DNA of 64,000 bases from Mobula hypostoma. Lineage: Eukaryota. The stretch is taken from assembly GCF_963921235.1 (NCBI RefSeq), contig NC_086108.1, forward strand, positions 65,536,001-65,600,000, given 5' to 3'. This document shows, piece after piece, positions 13,411 to 25,893 of the stretch; position 1 is the stretch's first letter, and each line of letters opens with the position of its first letter. Position numbers and translations under genes: made by a program. The notes beneath the pieces were generated by a model. It was not told the origin of the DNA and did no database searches. It saw nothing but the letters and a program-made list of their open reading frames with translations.

Positions 13411-14010
13411 ACAAACAAGAGAACATCTGCAGATGCTGGAAATCTGAGCAACACACACAAGATGCTGGAGGAACTTAGCTGGCCAGGCAGCATCTATGAA
13501 AAAAAGTGTAGTTGACATTTCAGGCCAAGACCCTTCATCAGGACTGGAGAAAAAAAGCGAAGCGTCAGAGTAAGAAAGTGAAGGGAGGGGAGGAAGGAAC
13601 ACAAGGTGATAGGTGAAACCTGGAGGGGGGAGGGGTGAAGTAAAGAGCAGGGAAATTGATTGGTGAAAGAGATGCAGGGCTGGAGAAGGGGAAATCTGGT
13701 AGGAGAGGACCATGGAAGAAAGAAAAAGGAGTGGAACACCAGAGGGAGGCGATGTGTAGGTAAGGAGATAAAGTGAGAGAGGAAAAATGGGAATGGGGAA
13801 TGTTGAAGGAGAGAGGGGAGGTATTACTGGAAGTTTGAGAAATTGATGTTCACACCATCAGGTTGGCGGCTATCCAGATGGAATATAAGGTATTGGGCCT
13901 CCCACCTGAGTGTGGCCTCATTGGGACAGTAGAGGAGGTCATGGACTGACATGTTGGCATGGGAATGGGAAGTGGAATTAAAATGAGTGGCCACTGGAAG
14001 ATCCCGCTGA
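13411..14010 (-). mobile_element. Penelope-like element 3' part (GIY-YIG C-terminus + terminal repeat)
   Basis: ORF 13824-14045 DLPVATHFNSTSHSH..EATLRWEAQYLIFHLDSRQPDGVNINFSNF, then a pyrimidine-rich UTR and a terminus with a hammerhead motif. Confidence 0.85.
13509..13546 (-). ncRNA. Minimal type-I hammerhead ribozyme motif (PLE-associated)
   Basis: - strand cagtc-CTGATGA-a-gggt cttg gcct-GAAA-T-GTC^aacta. Core intact, helix II pairs, helix I partly pairs, helix III reduced to a near-palindrome. Confidence 0.65.
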
Positions 14011-15899
14011 TGCTGGTGCTCAGAGCATTGATTTATGAATGCCATTGTGCCAAAAACTTACTTCACAATCCTATCTACCTTTGATGCCACTTTCTCTCTG
14101 TTCCACCGCACACCTCCATGCCCTGCTGCCAACCATGTAAGACCTACCCTGGTTGGTTCTACTGAACTGCAACACCTCATATTTGTTTGCATTAAATTTC
14201 ATTTCCCATTTTTAGACCATTTTTTCCAGCTGGTCTATATCCTGCTGTAAGCTCTGATAGTCTTCCTCACTGTCCACTGCGCCCTAATCGTGGTGTCATC
14301 CACATATTTGCTGATCCAGTTTGCCACATTATCATCCACATCAGTGAATAGGTGTCAGACAACAATGGACCCAGCACTGATCCACTAGTCACAGGCCTCC
14401 ATTCAGAGAGGCAACTGTATACTACCACTCTCTGGCTTCTCCCATAAAACCACTGTTTAATCCAATTTACTACCTCTTCTTGAATGCCGAGCAACTAAAC
14501 CTTCTTGACCAACCTCCCATGCGGGACTCTTGCTGAAGTCCATGTAGACAGCACCCGCTGCCTCGCAACTTCTTCCCCCCGCCATCCAATTTCCAAATGG
14601 GCATTGAACCCATCAACACTACCTCACCACATTTTTTATTGCTGATTTTGTACTACTTATTTTAATTTAACTATTTAATATGAATATATATATATATATA
14701 TACTTGCTGCAATTCAGTTTATTTCTATATTTATCATGTATTGTGTTGTACTTCTGCTGCAAAGTTAACAAATTTCATGATATGTGCCGGAGATATTAAA
14801 CCTGTCTCTGATTCAACTTTCCTGGTAACTTCCTCGAAAAACTCTACAAGATTGATTAGACCTGACCTACCATGCACAAAGTCATGCTGACTGTCCCTTA
14901 TCTGTTCGTGTCTGTCTAAATACTCATAAATCAGTACCCTGAGAATACCTTCAGTATGTTTCCCACAACTAATGTCAGGCTCACCAGCATATAATTTCCT
15001 GGCTTATTCCTAGAGCCTTTCTTAAATGATGGGATACATCAGCTATCTTCCAATCTACCGACACCTCACCCATAGCTAAGGATGTTTTAATTATCTCTGC
15101 TAGGGCCTCTGCAATTTCTGCACTAGGCTGCCACTGTGTCCGAGGGAATACCTTGTCAGGCTTTGGGGATTTATCCACCCTAATTTGCCTCAAGACAGCA
15201 AACACCTCCTCCTCTCTAATCTGGATAGTGTCCATGACCTCACTGCAGTATTGCCTCACTTCAATAGATTATGTGTCCGTCTGCTGAGTAAATACAGATG
15301 CAAAAATTCAATTGTGATCTCCCCCATCTCTCTTAGCTCCACACATGGATTACCATTCTAATCTTCCAGAGGACCAATTTTGTCCCTTTTTGGTTTCAAT
15401 ATATCCGCAGAAGCCCCTGTGATTCTCCTTCACCTTGCCTGTTAAAGCAACCTCATGCCTTTTTTTAGTCCTCCCGATTTCTTTCTTAAATGTTGTCTTA
15501 CATTTCTTATACTTCTAAAGTACCTAATTTTTTTCCTGCCTGCCTATACCTGCTGTAAGTCTCCTTTTTCTTAACCAGCGCCCTAATATCTCACGATAAA
15601 ACAAGATCGCCTAAACCTGTTATGCTTGCCCTTTATTCTGACAGGGGCATACAAACTTTGTAATCTCAAAATTTCACTTTTGAAGGCCTCACATATACCC
15701 ATGACACCTTTGCCAGAAAACAACTTGACCCAGTTCACACTCGCCAGATCCTTTCTGAGATCATCAAAATTGACCTTTCTCCTATTTACTGCTGAATCTC
15801 AACTCGCTGACCAGACCTACAGTATCCTTTTACATTATTACCTTGAAATAGGTTAAATAGTTATCAACAAAACAAGGAGAGCAGGAAAGACCATTGTTG

Positions 15900-16580
15900 T
15901 ACAGGAACAGCTACACATCAGTGAATTTTGTTGAGAGGCTGGATAGTACAGGAATTAAGCTCGGAGTTGAGGTGTAGTCCTAGTGGTGATGGACTTGTAG
16001 TGTCTCCCTCATGGCATTTTGGAGGAATAAGTGAATGCGAGGGTGGAGTAGGCAGTAATTTTTTTCAGCTCTTTTCTTCGCTTTGGTGATGAACAGGTCT
16101 TCTAATGTTGGTAGCTGATAGCCAATAATCATCTCCACGGAGTGATTTTCGCTGAGTCGACCATTCACTACAATCTGTACTTGGAAAGGGAGAAGGTGGC
16201 AAAGACCAAATGTGATGTAGGTGGTCACAACACTCTTAATTTTGGTTGAGTCAAAATTCATCAGGATACATCCTGAGCTGTTAAGTTTCTTAAGCTGGTG
16301 TAGGAGGAACAATCTCAGTTGGGCTTTCCTAGTTATGAGCATGGCATTTCTGTCCTCATTCATTGGATTGGTAATGGTAGTCCCCAGGAATTTGAGTGAC
16401 TCGACCACAGACACAGCCCAGCCATTAATTTCCAGGGAGGGACAGGCAAGGAGTTGTTGGTATAAGTCAATCTGCAATTCCACTCTTCATAGCATTAAGG
16501 TGCAAGTTGTAACGGGCCCAGTACTCTGCTAAACAGCTCTCTCTGATAGGTCACACTTTTAGAAATTATACCAACTACAG
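15900..16580 (-). mobile_element. Rex-Babar/L2-like LINE RT C-terminal fragment
   Basis: ORF 15980-16483 LEINGWAVSVVESLKFLGTTI..RKAQLRLFLLHQLKK. Confidence 0.7.
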
Positions 16581-16809
16581 TAATATCATCTGCAAACTTT
16601 GGAATTTTAATGCATTTCTCTGTGAAGGTACAATCATTTTTATAATGTGAGAATGGGCAGGGGGCAGGGTGTAAAAGAACACAGACCTGGGAGAGCCTGT
16701 GCTTATAGACATTGATCTAACAAGTAAGAGTCCAGCCTTGCATACTGCTTCCTTCCTGTCAGCAAGTTTGTAATCCACGGGCAGATTCTGTAGGCTTAAA
16801 TAGTGGGAT

Positions 16810-17385
16810 ACATCAGATTTAACCTGCAAGTTAACCTTTAGAGAATCGTGCATGAGGACTCCCAAGTCCCTGTGCAACTCTGTTTTATGAATTTTCTCCA
16901 CATTTAGAAAATAGTCTACACCTTTATTCCTTCTACCAAAGTGCATGACCATAGACTTCCCTGCACTATATTCCATTTGCCACTTTGCCCGTTCTCCCAA
17001 TCTAAGTCCTTCTGCAACATGCTTCCTCAACACTTCCTGCCCTTCTACCTATCTTTGTATCATCTGCAAGCTTGGCCACAAAGCCATCAAGTCCATTATC
17101 CAAATTATTGACAAATGTAATGCCCTGGTTACCTGAAAAGGTGTCCTATATTCCCACTTCTTGCCTCCTGCCAGTCAGCCAATCTTCTATCCATGCTAGT
17201 ATCTTTCCTGTAGTAACTTGTTGAGCAGCCTCTGAAGTAGCTTTCTGAAAATTAAGTAATCAGCATCCACTGACTCTCTTTTGTCTTTCTGCTTGTTTTG
17301 TCGTCATTGTATTCCAACAGATTTGTAAGGCAAGATTTCTCCTTAAGGAAACCATGCCGACTTTGGCCTATTTCATCATGGCCTG
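16810..17385 (-). mobile_element. CR1 LINE RT fragment
   Basis: LGERAKWQMEYSAGKSMVMHFGRRNKGVDYFLN..RDLGVLMHDSLKVNLQV. Confidence 0.8.
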
Positions 17386-17389
17386 CTTT

Positions 17390-18660
17390 ACTTAGCCTAT
17401 TTGATCATCTGAATAAATACCCTCTCCTTTTGTAAGGTCCACCAGTATAGTACATTGACCAAACCAAAATGAAGACAAAAGGGTATTCAAGGCAATCAGG
17501 GAAATAACAATAGAGAAGCACAAATCTGGGGAAGGGTATAAGACCATCTCAAAGGCACTGAAGATACCTTGGAGCTCAGTGCAGTCCATTGTGAAAAAGT
17601 GGAAATATGAAACCACAGCCACACTGCTGAGAACAGGCTGCCCCTCTAAATTTAGTTACAGGATTAAAAAACTCTTGTAAGAGAGGCTACACACATAAAA
17701 GTTGCTGGTGAACGCAGCAGGTGAGGCAGCATCTCTAGGAAGAGGTACAGTGGACGTTTTGGGCTGAGACCCTTCGTCAGGACTAACTGAAAGAAAAGCT
17801 AGTAAGTGATTTGAAAGTGGGAGGGGGAAGGGGAGATCCAAAATGATAGGAGAAGACAGGAGGGGGAGGGATGGAGCCAAGAGCTGGACAGTTGATGGGC
17901 AAAAGGGATCATGGGACAGGAGGCCTAGGGAGAAAGAAAGGGGGAGGGGGGAACCCAGAGGATGGGCAAGGGGTATAGTGAGAGGGACAGAGGGAGAAAG
18001 AGAGGATACTGTGTCACCAGCATTCACTCTGAGTGAGCTGCAGAAGTCAGTGGCTTCAACTGGAGATGAAGTTCATGGCTGCATGATCTCTAAGGCCTTG
18101 CACAAAATGGGTGTTTATAGAAGAGTGGCAAGGAAGAAGACCTGGCTAAAATAAAAGCATATCCTTACCCATAAAGACTTTGCAAAGCATCACTTAGGAA
18201 ATACTGTAAAGATGTGGAAGAAGGTCTTTTTTCAGATGAGACTAAAGTGGAACTTTTTGGCCTTAATATGTGTGGTTCAAATCTAATACTGTGTATCAGC
18301 CAGTAACCCCCATCCTGACTGAAAAGTATGGTGGAGATCGCATCATACCATGGGGATGGTTTTCAGCAGCAAGGACTAGAAATCTGGTCAGGATTGATAG
18401 GAAGATAAATGCTGCTAAATACAGAGAGATCCTGGATAAAAGCCTGCTAGCCTCTGCCAGAAAGCTTAACCTGGGAGGAGGTTCATTTTTGAGCAGGACA
18501 ACAAATCAAAGCACTCTGCCAGTGCAACCATGGAGTGGGTTCAAATGAAGAAAATTGATGTCTTTGAATGGCCCATATGTTTCACAAATCAAAATTCTCA
18601 CTTAAATTGATCAAAATCCCTGGTTGTAATACTCATTTACGTGAACAAAAGGCTGGAGCT
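17390..18660 (+). mobile_element. Tc1-like DNA transposon remnant, interrupted by a PLE
   Basis: Transposase pieces HKSGEGYKTISKALKIPWSSVQSIVKKWK, TLSELQKS..RRVARKK, SDETKVELFG, KYGGD..WGWFSA..LVRIDRKINAAKYREIL, QDN; TIRs not resolved. Confidence 0.8.
17691..17997 (-). mobile_element. Penelope-like terminal fragment with hammerhead remnant
   Basis: - strand tagtcCTGACGAagggtctcagcccAAAACGTCcactg; flanked by near-perfect 12-bp duplication aagagaggctac (17679-17690) / aagagaggatac (17998-18009). Confidence 0.75.
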
Positions 18661-19389
18661 TTTCTATGCTTCTATTTTATTCACCCTCCTAGTAGAAAGG
18701 TTTTTCCTCTGAGCCTCTCTAAACCTTTGCTGTTTGCTCTGATTTGGGCATGTTTTCTACTAATCTGCCATATCCATGGCCCTCATAATTTTGTCAATGA
18801 CAAGAGGAAGCAGGTGAGAGTCTATTGGGGAATTCTCCCAAACTCTGAAATATTTTTACACTTTCTGTACTCGGTGTTCTTCAATAGGTACAAGTTGAAT
18901 GTTTCCTCTACAAGTAAGTCCAATGAGGGATTTAGGAGGGTGTTTTTTAACTGGAGGATATTTAGAGAGAAGATCGGGCTCTTACCATCTAACATCAGGG
19001 AGGAGGTCCAAGAGTCTGAAGGCCAGCATTCAATATTTTAGGAACACCATATATATTTCTTATTATAATTTATAATGTATTTTATGTATTGCCCTGGTTT
19101 GCCCTATCATCTGCCTGTCCTACCTCACAGTTTCATTATATACTGCATCTACATGTATACCAACTGCCCTATCACTCTGGTTCCCATTCCCCTGCCAAGT
19201 TAGTTTAAACTCTAAACTCTTCCCCAACTGCTCTGGCAAGCCTGCCCCAAGAATATTGGTCCCGCTCAAGTTCCTCAGCCATGCATTCATCTGCTAAATC
19301 ATCCTCACCGATGCATTGTACAAGCAGCAATCCAGAGATTACTACCCTGGAAGTCCTGCTTAACTTTTTACTGAAGTCCCTATATTCTC

Positions 19390-19855
19390 ATGATGGAGCT
19401 GGGTGCTTGCAACCTTGTGCAGTCTTTTCCAATTCTGTGCAGTGGCTCTTTCATACCAGATGGTGATGTAGCCAGTTAGAATATTCTCCATGGTACACCT
19501 GTACAAATTTGCTGGAGTCTTTGCTGATGCACCAAATCTCCTCAAACTCCAAATGAAATATAGCTGCTGACATGCCTTCTTCATAATTGCATCAATATGT
19601 TGAGCGCAGGGTCTTCAGGAACTTGATATAGCTCACTCTTTCCACTGCTGATCCCTCTATGAGGAACTAGTGTACGTTGTATCAACTTCCCCTTCCTGAA
19701 TCCACAATCTTGGTCTTACTGATACCAAGTGTAAGGTTCTTGTTGCAACACCACGCAACCAGATGGTCTATTTCACTCCTGTACACCTCCTTGTCACCAT
19801 TTAAGATTCTGCCAACAACAATTGTGGCAAATTTATAGGTGATGTTTGAGCTGTT
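19390..19855 (-). mobile_element. Rex1/Babar LINE fragment
   Basis: ORF KKACQQLYFIWSLRRFG..NLYRCTMENILTG. Confidence 0.75.
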
Positions 19856-21239
19856 CTTTCCCCCAGCTTTCTCCCTGCTTCCCCGCTTTCCAATCGCATC
19901 CCCCCACTTTCCCCCTTCTTTCTCCTTTCCCCCTTCTTTCTCCTTTCCCTTTCATATTTCTAATCTTCGGTCTTCATGACCTGAACTAAACCCTACCTGA
20001 ATTTGAGTGGCCTTTCAGCACATACACCTAATTGGAGGCTGGCACATATAGGATTTCCTATTGGAAATGGGTTAGACAGCCAATTCTTCTCAGAAAAGTT
20101 TGCATGTTAAACTTGTTTTTAATTGCAGAGTAGTTTTTGTTTATGGAGATTTGCAAAATATTTGTAATACTCCAAGCCCTTTCATATATATAAAATATAA
20201 AAATCCTTCAGAATGTTAAAATTGCCTGTTGAAACTTTCCCAATAGATATTGCTTTTCTCTTCCTGCTCATGTACATTTCCTCTCATTCTATCTGCCATG
20301 CTGTGACCCATCAGTGAAACAGCCCATAGTTTCTGCAGTCTGATTAATTTGGATTCATTTATTTATCACATGTACATTGAAATGTACAGTGAAATGTGTC
20401 ATTTGCATTAACAGCCAACACAACCTAAGGATATGCTGGGGAGAGTCCACACATTCCAGCCCAACATAGCATACCCACCATCTTCCCCCGAACTACACAA
20501 GTAACAACAGAGCAACCACAACAAAACAACAGCAGCAAAACAAGCTCCTTACTTCCATCCCACCCATCCATGCACACACACAAAGACAGTCCCCTAGCCC
20601 CAGGACAGGCAGCCTCCTGGCGACCAACCTCCACTAGACATGTGGACTCAACAGATATTGGATCTTCAGTTTCCCCAGAGGTCCAAACTTTACTTTCCCT
20701 TGTATCATCACTACTCTTGGACACATTGACCTCAATCATCTTACCTGTCATTGATATTTGTTATAATCAGCCAGGATTCAATCACTTCTTTTTTGTGGAA
20801 TCTCTTTGATACAGCATTGCCATCCTGAAAATGACCTTTTTATTTCCACTGTTTGTTTGCAATTTGATAACTAATCTTCTCTCCACATTAACATATTGAC
20901 CACAATCAAATGAAACCAGAGATGAAATTCAGAACAGGCTGGAAAGGGGACCAATCGATGCAATTTGATTTTGTGGATAATTTATTAAATACTTGAACAA
21001 CATATGCAAAATACTGGAGGAGGCAGCAGTCAGGCAGCATCTATGGATGGAAATGAACAGTCAATGTTTTGGGCCAAAACCCCTTAAATAGTTGATGTTC
21101 AGGCAGAAATTTAATTTGCATCACTCTTGTATAAATCCTTATTTTATTAGTCCCTTTAATTTACCTTATAAAATGCTATTTGAAAATCTAAGCACACAAC
21201 AGTCATTTGTTAATCTCTCATCAGCCAAGCATTATAAAT

Positions 21240-21900
21240 TCATAAGTTACTGTCAGGCTTGTCAAGCATGATTTCCCCTTCATAAATTCATGTTGACTTT
21301 CTTTAATCACACCATGATTTTCTAGTGTTCTGGTACCATGTGTGTAATAATAAATTCTCCTCACCTGTTAATTGCTCTGTTTTATTCCTCCCCTGTTCTT
21401 AAACAAAGCAGATAATGCTTTATTCCTTCAAATATGCAGGATTTATTCTAAAGTCTTGGAAATTCTGAAGGACCAAAACCAATGCATCCTTTATGTTGAT
21501 AGGCACCTCATTAAAAAGCCTGGGGGGTAGCCCATCTGGTCCAGTTAATGTGTTAGCTTTTAGTTTCATTAATTACTTCAGTAACATTTCTTTACAAACA
21601 TTTTTTTTCATTCCCACTGGACCTATGGTTCCCTGTTATTTTTTAGTTTCTTCTATCACAAAAACCGGTTCAGAGTATTGACTTAACATCGTTACCATTT
21701 CTTTTCTACTGTCACTGCCAGGAAGGGTCCCGTATTTATGAGTAAATACTCATCCTTTTTACATTCTCATTGATGCTATTGCAATTGCTTGTATGTATAC
21801 TGTTGGGTTACTTTCCTTATTTTCTCCTTATTAAATTCTTTCCCGACTTTTGTTGAATTCTAATATCCACTGTTTCTGTTGGGTTCCTGTTCTTTTGATA
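21240..21900 (-). mobile_element. Old CR1 LINE fragment
   Basis: Decayed motifs (cttgtcaagcatgatttcccctt, ggggtagcccatctggtcc). Confidence 0.5.
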
Positions 21901-22667
21901 ACATTCACAATATATAGTATTTTGAACACAAGCAAAATTTTAAAAATGATGTTTACAAGCATTATTTTTTTCTGAACTGAAAACTTAATTTAAAAAGCAT
22001 TGGCAAAGAAAAAAATGATCAGCTTAATGTTCTGAAATTGAAGTCTACTTATTTTGTAGAAGTAAATGCAGGGTATATTTTATTCACAATTGGACTAGAT
22101 AATGACACACATAGGTGACTAGCACAGTTTTCTCTGCATCTGACCCACTTACACACATGGAATATTGGCATGCAGCAGTGATTTCAGTTAGTGTATATTA
22201 ATCAGCAAGACCTGAAATTAGCACAGATAATCCTAATTTTCTGAGTGCCTTAGTAGGATCTTCTTTATTTTAGCAGTGAGGGGTTAGATTGCATCACATC
22301 CCCACAGTATATCAGAATGATGTCCCATCTGCACTCAGCCATTTGGTAGCCATTTCCTTCTCTCGTGTGCTTTTTGTGAAACCAAAACAATCTCAGGTCA
22401 GCCCTGTTTTCAAAGTCTGCCCATCATGGTTGGAAATCTCGCTTTAAAACTGTGAAAGCTATTTTAATTTTCGAAAAAGTTAGAGATTCTGCAAATTGTA
22501 ATCCTGAAGAGCATTTGTAACTTAATGCTGTATTGTACTTCAAGTGCATGGGGGGAGAAAAGCTCCTTATGGTCTCTCATAAAACCATAACATAAGCATT
22601 TTCTTTTTCAATATTTTTATTGATTTACATAAAAGAATACAGAGTACAGTAAAATATATTATATATA

Positions 22668-23700
22668 TAGAACATAGAATAGTACAGCACAGTACAGGCC
22701 CTTCGGCCCACAATGTTGTGCCGACCCTCAAACCCTGCCTCCCATATAACCCCCCACCTTAAATTCCTCCATATACCTGTCTAGTAATCTCTTAAACTTC
22801 ACCAGTGTATCTGCCTCCGCCTCTGACTCAGGCAGTGCATTCCACGCACCAACCACTCTCTGAGTATAAAACCTTCCTCTAATATCCCCCTTGAACTTAC
22901 CACCCCTTACCTTAAAGCCATGTCCTCTTATTGAGCAGTGGTGCCCTGGGGAAGAGGCGCAGACTATCCACTCTATCTATTCCTCTTATTATCTTGTACA
23001 CCTCTATCATGTCTCCTCTCATCCTCCTTCTCTCCAAAGAGTAAAGCCCTAGCTCCCTTAACCTCTGATCATAATCCATACTCTCTACACCAGGCAGCAT
23101 CCTGGTAAATCTCCTCTGTACCCTTTCCAATGCTTCCACATCCTTCCTACAGTGATGCGACCAGAACTGGGCACAATACTCCAAGTGTGGCCTAGCCAGA
23201 GTTTTATAGAGCTGCATCATTACATCTCTTAAACTCTATCCCTCAACTTATGAAAGCTAACACCCCATAAGCTTTCTTAACTACCCTATCCACCTGTGAG
23301 GCAACTTCCAGGGATCTGTGGACATGTACCCCGAGATCCCTCTGCTCCTCCACACTACCAAGTATCCTGCCATTTAATTTGTAATTCTGAGTCCACCTGG
23401 CCAAATGTCCCTGGATCCCATGCCTTCTGACTTTCTGCATAAGCCCACCGTGTGGAACCTTGTCAAATGCCTTACTAAAATCCATATAGATCACATCCAC
23501 TGCACTACCCTCATCGATATGCCTGGTCACCTCCTCAAAGAACTCTATCAGGCTTGTTAGACACGATCTGTCCTTCACAAAGCCATGCTGACTGTCCCTG
23601 ATCAGACCATGATTCTCTAAATGCCCATATATCCTACTCCTCTCCCTTAATATCAACATGCTCCAGAACATCAACCTCACTCATATTGTCCTCACCGTCA
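22668..23700 (-). mobile_element. Young CR1 3' fragment with two internal deletions
   Basis: Highly similar to 47170-48800; (ttctatg)n tail; ORFs 22912-23220 and 23243-23680. Confidence 0.9.
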
Positions 23701-24662
23701 TCAACGAATCTTCTCTAAGTTTAAGCATGACATAACATCATTTAACCAATGAGTATGAGTAGGCGGAGTGGCATGCTTCCACTTAAGCAACAATGCCCTC
23801 CTGGCTATAAGAGAAATAAAGGCTAAAATATGCAAATCATGTGACTCCAAAATAGTATCATTTCCTCCAACAATACCAAATAAGGCAGTCAAAGGAATAG
23901 GTTTAAAATTTACTGTAAAAAAACACCGAAAAAGTTTGAAACACTTCCTTCCAATATTTTTCAAGACTCGGAGAAGTCCAAAACATATGAATTAGTGAGG
24001 CTTCTCCATTGTTACATCTATCACAATAGGGAGATATATCCGAATAAAAACGAGAGCGCTTATCTTTAGTCATGTGGGCCCTATGAACCACTTTAAATTG
24101 AAGAAGGGAATGATGGGCACATAACGATGAGGTATGAACCAATTTAAAAATTTCTTTCCAAGTATCCTCAGAAATTGGAATCTGTAAATCTTGTTCCTAG
24201 AGATTTTTAATTTTGTCTAAAGGAATACTTTAGCTATTGCTTTCCGGGAATCTAATGATGTCACTGGTATTTTAAGGAGGGGCATTACTCACAAAGTGTT
24301 GCTTTATGCTGATGACCTTTTGCTCTACATTTCTAATGTGGAGTCTTGTTTACCTTCCATACTTTCTTTACTTCCCTGCTTTAGTCAGTTTTCAGGATAT
24401 AAACTTAGCTTTCATAAGAGTGAACTTTTTCCTTTGAATAATTTGGTATTAGTTAACATTAACCTCCCTTTTAAAATTATAAGAAATCAATTTACTTATT
24501 TGGGCATAACAATTACTCGGAATTATAGATTCCTTTTTAAAGGAAATTTTTTTACACTTCTGAATTATGTTAAGAAGGCACTATCAAATTGGTCACCCCT
24601 CTCTTTATCGTTGATTGGCTGAATTAATTCTATTAAAATGAATATTTGCCTAAATTTTTATA

Positions 24663-25893
24663 CAGGTGCACATTCCTTTATCCGAAATTCTGAAATCCAA
24701 AAAGCTCCGAAAACCGAAGTTTTTTTCGCCAATAGCTGACGCCACTCAGGTGTGACAGTGGCAGCACTAGCAGAGGCCGCAAGACGTCAGTTGTGGCTCA
24801 GTGCTCATACTGGTTACACGTGCATTTGCTGTTCGCTGATATTTTGTGTTCACTGTTGACTTTGTGTTTAATTTCACTGTGAAAATGTCAAAAAGAGCTG
24901 CAGATACCCCTATGGCTAACAATGAGAAAAAGAGAAGGAATCTTCTCTATCAATAACGCAGAAAGTGGAATTATTGCAGAAGTTTGATCGTGGTGTGCCT
25001 GTGCGGCGTCTTACTGAAGAAAATAGTGTCGGAACTACCACTGTATATGATTTAAATAAACAGAAGGACAAGTTACTGAAGTTTGATAGTGACAGTGACG
25101 TTCTACATTTATTCCAATAGGTCATTTACCATGGGTTTGTTTCGGTTCGTTTGAAGCTGTATATTTTTATGTTTTATTGATTTTTTTGATGTTATAAGCA
25201 CTATCTTTATTAGTATCTATTTATAATATAACAACTTAAGCAAAATAATCAAAAGTTAAAAGTGTTATATACATATGTGTAAATGTATCTCCCAAACCAT
25301 TGAGCTCAGGGAATACCAAGCTTAAAATCTTTTTTGGCCAGCTGGTGGTGCAATGGCAACAGTGCCGGACTCCGGAGAGAAGGCTCCCATGTTTGAATCC
25401 AAGTCGGGCCATCCCCCGAGCACACTTTCCATCCGTGCCGGGTTGAACGTCGAGCTAGTCACTCAGCCTCATAAAAAAAAAGTGTCAAGTCAGGATCGTT
25501 CATATCGTGACCCGGTTAATCTGAAAGGAGACCAATCCTGACACCACGCGCCAGACAAGATTGGCTGACTGTCTGGTGCAACACGCAAAAAAAAAATTGA
25601 ATGTTTTTGTTGGAAATAAAATTTCTTCTTGTCATTATTCCCTTAACAATTATTTACATAGCATTTACATTGTATTAAGTATTATAAGTAATCTAGAGAT
25701 TATTTAAAGTATATGGGAGGATGTGCGCAGCTGGGTCCTAAAATCCACCGCGCTGAGATTGGTTAAATAAGGGACTTGAACATACGTGTTTTTTGGTACG
25801 GGGGTGGGGTGGGGGGCGGATCTGAATCCAAAAAATTCTGAATTCCGAAATGCAACTGGCCCCCTGGATTTTGGATAAGGGATTGTGCACCTG
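24663..25893 (+). mobile_element. Non-autonomous Tigger/pogo DNA transposon
   Basis: TIRs caggtgcacattcctttatcc / ggataagggattgtgcacctg; TA duplicated (24661-62, 25894-95); CENP-B-type HTH remnant KRRNLLSITQKVELLQKFDRG..VGTTTVYDLNKQK; L1 frame FLY|LFQ is restored on excision. Confidence 0.88.
25337..25596 (+). mobile_element. tRNA-derived SINE nested in Tigger
   Basis: A box tggtgcaatgg, B box gtttgaatcc, poly-A tail. Confidence 0.7.

Larger units (their letters stand above)
12840..15830 (-). mobile_element. CR1 LINE ORF2, degenerate; hosts PLE (13411-14010) and Rex tail (14572-14813) insertions
   Basis: ORFs MREDLIEVYTIM..RGNFFTQRVVRLWNELP, RPNLEYCVQFWS, WRPVTSGSVLGPLL, VDKSPKPDKVFPR. Confidence 0.85.

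Noticed and set aside
18568..19041. 157-aa ORF
   Set aside because: Spans Tc1 and LINE debris with no recognisable domain; likely a chance ORF.
19855..19950. Polypyrimidine (ctttcccc) tract
   Set aside because: Low-complexity sequence with no associated exon or structure.
25337..25420. tRNA gene (also 28770-28847 and 4330-4390)
   Set aside because: A/B boxes continue into SINE bodies and tails; no proper cloverleaf.
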